This document shows positions 28,840 through 37,645 of a stretch of DNA of 64,000 bases, in pieces. Source of the DNA: Vicinamibacterales bacterium (lineage in GTDB: Bacteria; Acidobacteriota; Vicinamibacteria; Vicinamibacterales; JAMQPK01). Under the pieces are notes generated by a model. The model ran no database searches. It was not told the origin of the DNA and saw only the letters and a list, made by a program, of their open reading frames with translations. How positions within the stretch are numbered: position 1 is the first letter of the stretch; each line of letters begins with the position of its first letter. Both the position numbers and the translations under genes were made by a program. The stretch spans positions 752,319 through 816,318 of the forward strand of contig CAVVBP010000007.1 of the NCBI GenBank assembly GCA_963746535.1, in the 5' to 3' direction.

Positions 28840-29409
28840 CTATTTGGGAGCTTTGCCCTCGATAACAGTCTTGGTCGAGATGACGGTCCGGGGCTCTTCG
28901 ATGACTTTTTCTCCTGAGACCTTCATGCCCTTCTTCAGATCGGTGACGGCGGCCGGCTTGCCTTCCACAACGAACCGGAACGTCGGAGGAACGACGTACT
29001 CCCGGTTCTCGCCGCTTGGGAGCGTGAGAATCACGTAGTTGCCCGACGTGTACCACACGGTGCCGTTGGTGACGGTCGTCGTCCGCACCACGATCGGCTG
29101 CGTCGTCGTAATCGCGGTCGCCCTCAGAACCGTTCCCGGCCGGAGGTCGCTGATGAGTCTGGCTTGACCATCGATGATGAACTGCCGTCCGGGTGGGATG
29201 TCGAAGTAGCGGTACTGGCCGCTCGGTTGCAATTTGACCAGGAGCCAGTTGCCCTCAGTCAGCACCACTTCTCCAGTGATCTGCTCCTGGGTCACCTTGG
29301 CGTTGCCCGCAGCCTCTGTGACCTTGCTTGTCGTGGTCTGCGCTCGAAGCCCCACAGCCGAGGCCAGCAACACCGCCACGCCCGTGATAATGAGATGCCG
29401 TTTCGTCAT
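28840..29409 (-). CDS. Secreted Thr/Val-rich beta-type protein (operon gene 1)
   Basis: ATG 29409 after AGGAGAAGG. Signal peptide HLIITGVAVLLASAVGLRAQ. Alternating beta-strand-like sequence. Confidence 0.7.
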   Translation of the reverse strand: MTKRHLIITGVAVLLASAVGLRAQTTTSKVTEAAGNAKVTQEQITGEVVLTEGNWLLVKLQPSGQYRYFDIPPGRQFIIDGQARLISDLRPGTVLRATAITTTQPIVVRTTTVTNGTVWYTSGNYVILTLPSGENREYVVPPTFRFVVEGKPAAVTDLKKGMKVSGEKVIEEPRTVISTKTVIEGKAPK

Positions 29410-29461
29410 CTTTCCTTCTCCTTTTGGTACGTGCTCGTACCGCCGTGACAGTCCCGAAATG

Positions 29462-29567
29462 GAGCATCTTCCGTGCCGGGAAGGGGCGAGGATCGTCGTC
29501 ATTTCTGGGAGGACCTGCCGCAGCGCACGGAGTACTACGATAGAAACCACGATATATCGTGCGTGTC
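29462..29567 (-). repeat. Copy B of the 106-nt regulatory module; contains the perfect palindrome CACGATATATCGTG (29548-29561)
   Basis: See copy A. The palindrome centre lies about 85 nt upstream of the -24 element, a typical enhancer distance for bEBP sites. Confidence 0.8.
29463..29479 (-). promoter_or_regulatory. Candidate sigma54 (-24/-12) promoter of the six-gene operon
   Basis: The minus strand reads CCGGCACGGAAGATGCT: GGCACG-N4-(A)TGC(T) with exact GG-N10-GC spacing. Lies about 55 nt upstream of ATG 29409. Confidence 0.6.
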
Positions 29568-29594
29568 TCGCCCTTGGCGGTTCGTTGACTGACG

Positions 29595-32510
29595 CTAATC
29601 CACCGCTCGATATGCCACGAGCCGCCACTCGGAGCTCACCCGCCGCCAGACGAACACGATCGTCCCGCCCGGCCGTCCTTCATGAACGACCTGCAGCAGG
29701 GCGCCGTAGTACGTGCCGTACTCCGGCGTCGTCGACGCCACGAACGTCTTCGGCGGCGTCGTTCCACACTCGTACAGTGCGCCTAGCTCCGTGGGAGCCT
29801 CGACGATCGTGAAGTCCCGATCGAACGCGTGCTTCACGACGCGCACCGCGGACGACCAGGGCACGACGGGATTCATCGCCTGGGTCAGGCTGGTTGGCCG
29901 TCCCCACTGGTTCGCGGTCTGTTCCAACAGCTTCACGCTCGCGTGCCGTAGACGTTCCGGCGACGTCTTCGGATTCATGTCGAGCGAGTCGGCGACGCAC
30001 GGCAGAACATCCGGTGCGAGGAACGCCGCGGCTTCCTGGTAGTTGCGCCGGATCAGCCAGTCCGCCAGGAACTCCTGCACGGCGTCGGCGATCTCCGGAA
30101 CCGACTCTGTGGCCCGGTTGGGTGGCACGGTGGTCGGCGGCCGTGTCGGCGCACCACCAAAGGCACCGTCCTCACCCCGCTCGCCGAACCTGACGGCGCC
30201 GAACGTTTCCGACCACCAGTTGGCGAAGCCGTTCCACCGCCGCGTGTGGCGTTGCGCGTTGTCGCCGGCCCGGACGTCCGAGTTCGAGGACGTGAGATGC
30301 CCGTTGAACAACGATTGCGGCGCCTTGCTCGCGCGATAGTCGACGTCGATGTCGGCGCCGAGCCCATCTTCAGCCACGGAGAACTGGACGCTCGGGACGC
30401 CCGCGCCAAGACGGAATGAGTGCGGGTAGCCGGCATGGTACGCCGTGTTCTCCTGACTCAGGACGAACTCGCGCGATTGCTCCAGAACGTCGCGCGCGTT
30501 CGGCCGCAGGGTCACGTAGACGCGGAACTGCTGATCGCCGCTCCGGCCGGCCTGCTCGCCGGCAATGCGATTGAGACCGGCCACGAGGTCGATCGCCCGT
30601 CCGAGTGGTTGTCCGCGATCGTCGGTCAACACCGAGTGGAGGAGCGCGTGCGTGATCGCATCGAACGTCGTCTGTTCGGAAGGGCTGAGCGCCCGGAAGC
30701 GTTCATCGGGCGTGAGGTTCTCGCCGAGCCTGGTGTTCATCGCGCGAGCGTAGGTGTCGAAGATCCGCTGCCGCTCGGGTTCGAGCTCGACGTACCGGTT
30801 CCTGACCGGTCGTACGACGACGCGCGGATCGACCAGCGAACGGCCGGGCCACTCGCGATCGATGCCGACAACGCGGAGGCCAGCGGTCTCCCGGCGCAGA
30901 TACACGCTCACGGCCATGCCCGGAGGTGCGCCGTCCGCCGTGATGCGCGCCAGGACGTAGCTGCCGGCGGGAGCGTTGACGGCCGCGGCGGGTATCGGCT
31001 GGCCCTGATCGGTCGATCCCAGCACCGCCGCTGGTTTCGCCGTTCTGTTGTCGTAGGTCAGCCAGTCCACGCGGTAGCGGCGTGCCTCCGTGTACTGGTG
31101 TTGCAGCGCGAGATCGACAAACGTCAGCTCCGCACCGCGGACGGCGATGTCGTCGATTGGAAGCACCGTCGCGAAGTACGCGCGTCCGATGCGATTGCGC
31201 CGATCGATCAGGCAGTCCGCGATCCAGCGTTCGGCGTTCGGGTCGGCATACTGCGCGACCTGCACGATGGCGCGGATGTCCTCGTCTGTGAATGCGCCCA
31301 CCTGCCGGGCCGCCCAGAAATCGTCGTCTGGCAGCCGGTTGGCGAACGGGGCCACATCGTAGACGGGAGCCCACTTGTCCGGCTCGAACGTTTTCGAATC
31401 GAAGGCGCCGACCGCCGGAAGATTCGGATATGTGGCACGCATCCAGGCCGGCGTGTACAAGCCGAGTCCGGAGACATTACGGAGCGACGCCTCCGCTCCG
31501 TAAATCGGATCCCGGCCTTCCCATACGCCTTTCGGGCCGTTGATGCCGCTACCCAGCGTGGCCATGAAATCCAGGAGGTAGTGACGGATATGCGGAGCCT
31601 GTCCCTGCGGCTGGACCACGACGTCGAACGTGTGGAGCGCGTCCATGCGCGCGTGGTTCAGCCAGGCCGAGAAGACCCGTAAACCGCGCAGGTCGCGCCG
31701 GTGCTCGTGCGGCACGATGTCGTTCGGGTCGTCGCTTCGCGTTCCGAACAGCTGATACGGACCGACCAGCGATACGCCGTCCGTGGGCACTCTCAGGGCA
31801 ATAGCACGGTATTGGCCGTCGCGCCGGCGCTCGACCGTGGCCAGCAGACGGTCGATGTGTTCGGGGCGGAGCGGGCGGACGCCGGCGTTGGAGGTCACCG
31901 CCGTGGCGTTCGTCTCGACGACGAGGCGATCGCGCAAGAACAGCGTCAAGTAGGTTTCGGGAACGTAGTAGCCGAGCGCGTGAAAGAAGCGCGAGGAGAT
32001 CATCGCGGCGCCGGTCGCCAGCTCGGACGACCCGCGCGGATCGAAGTTCAGAAAGTAGACCCGGCTGTTCTCGTCGCGAAACACGATCGTCGGCCGCAGC
32101 CCCGTGTTCTTCACCACGAGGACGTGCCACGGGCCCGTCGTCGATGGCGGCTGGTCGTCTCCGCTGCCGCGGCGCAACTCCTCCAGGCTCATGCGGGTGC
32201 GCCCGTGACGGTTCACGTACCACGGGCCGTCGAGCACCTCGCCCAGCGTGTTGACGCCCTGCGCCCCGATGACGCGCGTGCCAGGATGTCGTTCACCCGG
32301 ACGGCCGAACGTTGCCGACACCGCCTCGAGAAGCACGCTCAGATTGCGCGGACCCGGATCGGGCGCGGGCAGTGGCGCCGGTTCGCCGAGCAACGGATCG
32401 TCGGGATAGAACTTCTGCGCGGCCGCCGGTCGCGGCCCGATACCCGTCGCTACGGCGAGAAGCGCCAGCACGAGCGTGAGGTGGTAAGCCGGCAGTCGGC
32501 GGGGCGTCAC
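29595..32510 (-). CDS. Large (971 aa) secreted protein of unknown function
   Basis: The probable GTG start at 32510 shares a G with the TAG of the upstream Omp85 gene (TAGTG). Signal peptide LPAYHLTLVLALLAVATGIGPRPAAAQ. No family recognised by eye. Confidence 0.75.
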   Translation of the reverse strand: MTPRRLPAYHLTLVLALLAVATGIGPRPAAAQKFYPDDPLLGEPAPLPAPDPGPRNLSVLLEAVSATFGRPGERHPGTRVIGAQGVNTLGEVLDGPWYVNRHGRTRMSLEELRRGSGDDQPPSTTGPWHVLVVKNTGLRPTIVFRDENSRVYFLNFDPRGSSELATGAAMISSRFFHALGYYVPETYLTLFLRDRLVVETNATAVTSNAGVRPLRPEHIDRLLATVERRRDGQYRAIALRVPTDGVSLVGPYQLFGTRSDDPNDIVPHEHRRDLRGLRVFSAWLNHARMDALHTFDVVVQPQGQAPHIRHYLLDFMATLGSGINGPKGVWEGRDPIYGAEASLRNVSGLGLYTPAWMRATYPNLPAVGAFDSKTFEPDKWAPVYDVAPFANRLPDDDFWAARQVGAFTDEDIRAIVQVAQYADPNAERWIADCLIDRRNRIGRAYFATVLPIDDIAVRGAELTFVDLALQHQYTEARRYRVDWLTYDNRTAKPAAVLGSTDQGQPIPAAAVNAPAGSYVLARITADGAPPGMAVSVYLRRETAGLRVVGIDREWPGRSLVDPRVVVRPVRNRYVELEPERQRIFDTYARAMNTRLGENLTPDERFRALSPSEQTTFDAITHALLHSVLTDDRGQPLGRAIDLVAGLNRIAGEQAGRSGDQQFRVYVTLRPNARDVLEQSREFVLSQENTAYHAGYPHSFRLGAGVPSVQFSVAEDGLGADIDVDYRASKAPQSLFNGHLTSSNSDVRAGDNAQRHTRRWNGFANWWSETFGAVRFGERGEDGAFGGAPTRPPTTVPPNRATESVPEIADAVQEFLADWLIRRNYQEAAAFLAPDVLPCVADSLDMNPKTSPERLRHASVKLLEQTANQWGRPTSLTQAMNPVVPWSSAVRVVKHAFDRDFTIVEAPTELGALYECGTTPPKTFVASTTPEYGTYYGALLQVVHEGRPGGTIVFVWRRVSSEWRLVAYRAVD

Positions 32511-33799
32511 TAGAACGTCCTCCGCGAGATATCGCTGAGCGACCATATCCACCTGAAGCCCTCGCGGCTCGCGGCGACGTCCATGCGCAGCACGACCGCG
32601 CCACGTACGCGGGCGCGCAGGCCGAGGCCGCCGCTGTAGTTCAGCTGAGAGAAGTCGACATGCCCCTTCTGCGGCACGGTCTTGCCGGCGTCCGCGAACG
32701 CCGCCATCTCGAGGCCGCTGAACACATACCAGCGGTGCTCGACCGCCGCCATGAACGCGTTGTTGTCGGAGAACCGGTACTGGTTGAAGCCGCGCAGCTC
32801 GAAGTTGCCCCCCAGCTGCGGCAACAGATAGAACGGGACCACGCGATCGTCGCCGCCGGCGTACGCGAACCGGGCCCTGACGAACAGCGCCACCACACGC
32901 TGCTTGTTGAAGTACGGGAAGAAGTGCTGCCCCTCGAGAGCCAGCTTGCGATGCGTGTACGTGCCCTCATCCAGATCCAGGTAGCGTTTGAACTCGATCC
33001 CGTAGAAGCCGCCGCTCCTGGGTCCGCGCACCAGGTCGCGGGAGTCGAATCCCGCAAACGCGCCCCACGAACCGAACCTGGTGTCGTCAAAGAGGCCGGG
33101 CGCCGTGGTCTGATCGAATATGGCCTCAATGGATGGAACGTCTCCGCCGCTGACCGGGCCGGTATGTGCCGCGCCGTACCCGAAATCGATGCCGGCGTTC
33201 AGCGAGCGCGCGAACCGGTAGCCGGCCCGGAGGTCGATCGACGCCGTGTTCAGCAGATAGCGGGTGCGGTCTTCCTCTCTGGAATCGGCGCCAAGGCCGT
33301 AGTACTCCATCCGCGGCGATCGTTCGTATTTCGTGTAGACGTCGAGGAAGGTGTCGGCCGCGCGGCGCACTCCGTTCACCTGCAGTTCGCCGTCGGCGAG
33401 GACCGCGCCGCTCAGCGTGCCGCGAACGGTGGCGCGGGCGGTGAGCGCGTCGTTGAACAGATCCGAACGTCGATAGCCGATGCCGAAGGTCTGGCCCTGC
33501 GCGGGGCGTGTTCCTGAAAAGAGCAACTGCCAGCCGTTATTGCCCTGGCCGCTCTGGATGCCTTCGATAAGGCCCCGATCCACAAGACGATTGGCCCGGA
33601 CGACGAGCGGACTCTCCCGCTCGGGCCACAACGTCGCGTGTTTCTGACGCCGCGCCAGCTCGATCTGCTCGACTCGCGTCGCGGGTTCCGGCGCCGGCGC
33701 GGAAGCCTGCGCCTCCGTTGGCGCTTGCCCCCGTACGAGTGGAGCAGACAGGCCCCAGACCAATACCGTGCAGAGCCAGCGGGAACGCGGATCTCTCAC
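32510..33799 (-). CDS. Omp85/BamA-superfamily outer-membrane barrel, apparently without POTRA repeats
   Basis: Signal peptide. C-terminal barrel signature ...GGNFELRGFNQYRFSDNNAFMAAVEHRW...NYSGGLGLRARV...WIWSLSDISRRTF (terminal Phe). Only about 100 aa precede the barrel. Confidence 0.75.
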   Translation of the reverse strand: MRDPRSRWLCTVLVWGLSAPLVRGQAPTEAQASAPAPEPATRVEQIELARRQKHATLWPERESPLVVRANRLVDRGLIEGIQSGQGNNGWQLLFSGTRPAQGQTFGIGYRRSDLFNDALTARATVRGTLSGAVLADGELQVNGVRRAADTFLDVYTKYERSPRMEYYGLGADSREEDRTRYLLNTASIDLRAGYRFARSLNAGIDFGYGAAHTGPVSGGDVPSIEAIFDQTTAPGLFDDTRFGSWGAFAGFDSRDLVRGPRSGGFYGIEFKRYLDLDEGTYTHRKLALEGQHFFPYFNKQRVVALFVRARFAYAGGDDRVVPFYLLPQLGGNFELRGFNQYRFSDNNAFMAAVEHRWYVFSGLEMAAFADAGKTVPQKGHVDFSQLNYSGGLGLRARVRGAVVLRMDVAASREGFRWIWSLSDISRRTF

Positions 33800-34055
33800 G
33801 TGTCACCTGCAGTGTTCGAGGTCGTCGTCGTTGGAGCAGGGGGAGTCAGCGGAATCGTAGCACTCGGCACCAGCAACGGACAGACCAACCGCCATCCCAG
33901 GAGGAGCGTTTGATGGCTACGTCCCGTCGGAGTTCTCGCCTCCCGTCGGAGGCTGTCCACTCGCATTCGGGCCGATTCCGGGCAATTTCCTGAGATCGCC
34001 TCGTCACCGTTGTCTGGCCAAGACCTTGCTATGTATAGGACCCCGCCCGACTGGA

Positions 34056-34071
34056 CGGCACGGAACCGGCA
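34056..34071 (+). promoter_or_regulatory. Weak-to-moderate candidate sigma54 promoter upstream of the serine dehydratase operon
   Basis: ACGGCACGGAACCGGCAC: GGCACG at 34057-34062 and GC at 34069-34070 (GG-N10-GC). Shares CGGCACGGAA with the module promoters. The -12 element is CGGCA rather than TTGCA. Confidence 0.3.
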
Positions 34072-34121
34072 CGATTCAGCCCGAACCGCGTCGTCATACA
34101 CAAAGGAGCTGGAGAAGCACC

Positions 34122-35753
34122 ATGTCCAACAGAGACGACGTGAAAGACGATGATCGCGATCTGCTCGACCCTTCGCCGCAGGTGCCATCGGAGATTCCGA
34201 CCGGCGTCGACCGCCGGAAGTTCATCGTGCGCAGCGCCGTGATCTCGGCCGCGACGGTGATGAACGGCTGCACGCGATCGGAGACCGAACAAAAAGCCCC
34301 TCCGCCCGCAGCCGAATCTGCACCGGCGGCCGCTGCGCCCGCTGTCCCGTTGGCTGGCGACCTGAACGTGGTGATGAAGCAAAAGGGGCCGGTGTTGACG
34401 ACCGTGGACGAGTTCTACAAGGTGGGCCCTGGCCCTTCCAGTTCGCACACGATTGGTCCGATGCGCATTACCTACGATTTCTACCAGCGAGCCACCAAGC
34501 TGCCGGCCGACCAGCTCGCCAAGGCGACGAAGCTTCAGGTAAACCTGTTCGGCAGCCTCAGCGCGACGGGCAAGGGACACGGCACGGAGCGCGCCGCGCT
34601 CGCCGGGCTGGTCGGGAAAGAACCGGCCACGGTCGACCCGTTATTTCTGGACAGCTTGCGAGACAAGCCGGACCAGGTGTTCCCGGTGAAGCTCGGCAGC
34701 AAGTCCATCGATGTAAGCCTCAAGGATGTCATCTACGATGCGCCCAAGGGTGACTTCAAACACCCGAACACGATGACGGTCAAGCTCCTCGCCGGCAACG
34801 ATGTGCTGCTCGAGCAGGAGTACTACTCGGTGGGCGGCGGATTCATCGAGTGGAAAGGCTATACGCCCCCGAAGAAGAACCCGCCGAAGTACCCGTTCGC
34901 GACGATGAAAGAGCTTCGGGCCCACGCCGACGACAACAAGACCACCATCGCCAAGATCATGCTCGCCAACGAGATGTCGATCACGGGCAGGTCGGAAGCC
35001 GAGGTGAATGCCTTCGTCGACAAGATCATCAACGCGATGGTCGCGACGGTAAAGTCGGGGCTTTCGATGTCGGAGGATGACGTGCTGCCCGGACCGATCA
35101 AACTGCACAGCAAGGCCGCGTCCGTTTACAAGCGCGCGATGGACGACAAGTTTCCGGCGGACCGCGGTATCGGCATTCTGTCGGCATTCGCGTTGGCGGC
35201 ATCCGAAGAGAATGGGCGCGGGCACCTCGTCATCACCGCGCCGACCGGCGGTTCCGCCGGTGTGATGCCGGCGCTGGTCTACGGGCTCTCTGAGATCCGG
35301 AAGGTCGATCGGCAGAAGCTCCGTGACGGCATGCTCGCGGCCGCGGCGATCGGTTACCTCTGCAAGCACCATGCGACGCTGTCTGCGGCCGAGGGCGGCT
35401 GCCAGGCGGAGATCGGCGTGGCGTCGTCGATGGCGGCGGCATTGACCGCGACCGCGTACGACGCACCATCGCTGGTCGTCGAGAACGCGGCCGAATCGGC
35501 TCTGGAGCATCACCTGGGCATGACCTGCGACCCGGTCGCCGGTTACGTGCAGGTGCCATGTATCGAACGCTGCGCCTTCGGTGCGGTCAAGGCCTGGACC
35601 GCCTACGCGATCGCCAGCAACGAGATCGCGTCGAGACACCGGATCAGTTTCGACGAGACCGTGTTAGCGCTGGCCCAGACGGCGAAAGAGATGAACAGCA
35701 AGTACAAGGAAACAAGCGAGGCTGGTCTCGCCCTCTCCGTGGTGCTCTGCTGA
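34122..35753 (+). CDS. sdaA: Fe-S L-serine ammonia-lyase (single-chain L-serine dehydratase) with an N-terminal extension of about 105 aa carrying a twin-arginine signal
   Basis: RBS AAGGAG. DRRKFIVRSAVISAATVMNGC Tat-type signal, then FYKVGPGPSSSHTIGPMR, GGSAGVMPALV and CDPVAGYVQVPCIERCAFGAVKA, typical of SdaA. Confidence 0.9.
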   Translation: MSNRDDVKDDDRDLLDPSPQVPSEIPTGVDRRKFIVRSAVISAATVMNGCTRSETEQKAPPPAAESAPAAAAPAVPLAGDLNVVMKQKGPVLTTVDEFYKVGPGPSSSHTIGPMRITYDFYQRATKLPADQLAKATKLQVNLFGSLSATGKGHGTERAALAGLVGKEPATVDPLFLDSLRDKPDQVFPVKLGSKSIDVSLKDVIYDAPKGDFKHPNTMTVKLLAGNDVLLEQEYYSVGGGFIEWKGYTPPKKNPPKYPFATMKELRAHADDNKTTIAKIMLANEMSITGRSEAEVNAFVDKIINAMVATVKSGLSMSEDDVLPGPIKLHSKAASVYKRAMDDKFPADRGIGILSAFALAASEENGRGHLVITAPTGGSAGVMPALVYGLSEIRKVDRQKLRDGMLAAAAIGYLCKHHATLSAAEGGCQAEIGVASSMAAALTATAYDAPSLVVENAAESALEHHLGMTCDPVAGYVQVPCIERCAFGAVKAWTAYAIASNEIASRHRISFDETVLALAQTAKEMNSKYKETSEAGLALSVVLC

Positions 35754-35758
35754 TCTTA

Positions 35759-37111
35759 ATGAGGCTCCTCGCTGGAACTCGACCTGGCAAGAGTTCTACG
35801 AGGAGCCTTCATTGCTCCCGGCGATGGCTCGCCAGGGCTTCGGTCGCATTGGCGTTGACGTTCGTTCCGTTCCTCACAACGTCTGCCTCCGGACAGTCGC
35901 CCGCACCACAGCCAAAAGACGAACGCTACAAAGACGGCATCGTCATCTGGGAAACTCCCCCGGATGCGGACGTGCCGTTCCTGCTGAAGTTCAACATCAA
36001 TACCCAGCTCCGCTATCTCAACACCCAGGATAGCGACGAGACCTACACCGACCACCTGGGTGTTACCCGCGACGTTCACACGCGGAACGACATCACCGTC
36101 AATCGCGCGATGTTCATCCTGGGCGGCTACGTGTTCGACCAGCGGGCGCGATATAGCTTCACCGTCTGGACGTCCGCGGGGGCCGCGTCTATTGTTGTTG
36201 CCAGCAACATTGGCTGGCAATTCAACAAAGCCCTCACCATCATGGCAGGCTACACGGGCATTCCGGGCAGCCGATCGCTGGTCAACACGTTTCCGTTTTT
36301 TACTGGAACCGACAGGAGCATGGCCGACAACTTCTTCCGCCCGGGATTCACGCAGGGCGCCTGGGCGAGCGGAGACCTGGGGAAGGGGCTGAATTACTTA
36401 GCGTTCATCGGCAACGGTCTGAATACGCTGAGTATCTCGGCCAACAAGATCGATACGCATCTGGCGTTCTCCGGCAGTACCTGGTGGGAGCCGCTGGGCC
36501 CCTACGGGGAACCCGGCAAGTCTCGCAACATGTACGACGATTATTTCGCGTCCGACCAGGTGCGCATTCGCCTGGGCACGGCATTCACGCGATCGCGCGA
36601 AGACCGTTTTTCCAATCTCGATCAATCGAGTCCCGAGAACACGTCGTTGTACAACTCCGACGGCGTGCTGACCTTTTCGACCGGCGCGTTTGCGCCGGGT
36701 GTCACGCTCGACCAGGCGACGTACAGGATGTGGGCGGCCGACGCCGGCATCAAATGGAACGGGCTTGCGATCAACGGGCAGTACTTTATGCGTTGGCTGG
36801 ATGATTTCGAGTCCGACGGACCGCTTCCGCTTGCATCTACCTTCGACCGCGGCGGCGAGGTGTCGGCGGGCTATTTCGTCGTGCCGAAAAAATGGATGAT
36901 CTACGGCCGCGGCTCGTGGGTGCGCGGAGAGTTCGGCGACTCTCATGAGTACGGCGTCGGGGCGAAGTGGCACATGCTTCCGACGGAACGGCTCTGGCTC
37001 AACACAGAGCTATTCCGGGTCAACAAAGCTCCCTATAGCGGGGCCTTCACTCCGTATACCGCGGGTATGACGGGCTGGGTGCCGATGGTGCAGACAGTCC
37101 TCGCGTTCTGA
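35759..37111 (+). CDS. Outer-membrane beta-barrel porin (phosphate-selective porin O/P-like)
   Basis: ATG 5 nt after the sdaA stop. Signal peptide. Alternating barrel sequence ending ...MVQTVLAF. Confidence 0.65.
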   Translation: MRLLAGTRPGKSSTRSLHCSRRWLARASVALALTFVPFLTTSASGQSPAPQPKDERYKDGIVIWETPPDADVPFLLKFNINTQLRYLNTQDSDETYTDHLGVTRDVHTRNDITVNRAMFILGGYVFDQRARYSFTVWTSAGAASIVVASNIGWQFNKALTIMAGYTGIPGSRSLVNTFPFFTGTDRSMADNFFRPGFTQGAWASGDLGKGLNYLAFIGNGLNTLSISANKIDTHLAFSGSTWWEPLGPYGEPGKSRNMYDDYFASDQVRIRLGTAFTRSREDRFSNLDQSSPENTSLYNSDGVLTFSTGAFAPGVTLDQATYRMWAADAGIKWNGLAINGQYFMRWLDDFESDGPLPLASTFDRGGEVSAGYFVVPKKWMIYGRGSWVRGEFGDSHEYGVGAKWHMLPTERLWLNTELFRVNKAPYSGAFTPYTAGMTGWVPMVQTVLAF

Positions 37112-37222
37112 CGACCATCCGCTCAAGGCGCCAACGGATTTCAGGCGCGGATACCGCAAACAGTGATAAAAGAGTGCTCTGCTACGATCAGGCGCAGGCC
37201 GGATCATTGAGGGAGGCCTTGT

Positions 37223-37630
37223 GTGCATCTAGTAACTGTGTGCATGGCGCTTTTTGCTGGACTTCTGAGTCAACAGGCGGCCGCGCCCTCCCTTGATTAC
37301 GAGTACTTCAAGTCGAGAGTGCAGCCGATCTTCGTGGCGAGGCGTCCGGGCCACGCCAGATGCATCGCGTGTCACGCGTCGGGGACGCCGCTGCGATTGC
37401 AGCCCCCATCGGTCGATGGTTCGAGCTGGACGGAAGAGGCGTCGAAGAAGAACTTCGAGGCCATGCGGCGCGTCGCGTTTGCGGGAAACGCGAAAAGCCT
37501 GCTGCTGGTCCACCCACTCGAAGAGACGGCCGGCGGAGACTTCTTTCACAGTGGTGGCAAGCACTGGGCCTCGCAAAACGATCCCGAGTGGCAAGTGCTA
37601 AGAGCGTGGATCATGGGCCAGACCAGGTAG
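37223..37630 (+). CDS. Small secreted c-type haem protein (Planctomycete-cytochrome-C-like domain)
   Basis: GTG start after GAGGGAGG. Single CxxCH (CIACH) in the context FKSRVQPIFVARRPGHARCIACH. Confidence 0.6.
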   Translation: MHLVTVCMALFAGLLSQQAAAPSLDYEYFKSRVQPIFVARRPGHARCIACHASGTPLRLQPPSVDGSSWTEEASKKNFEAMRRVAFAGNAKSLLLVHPLEETAGGDFFHSGGKHWASQNDPEWQVLRAWIMGQTR

Positions 37631-37645
37631 AGGGAGGAGAGAGCG

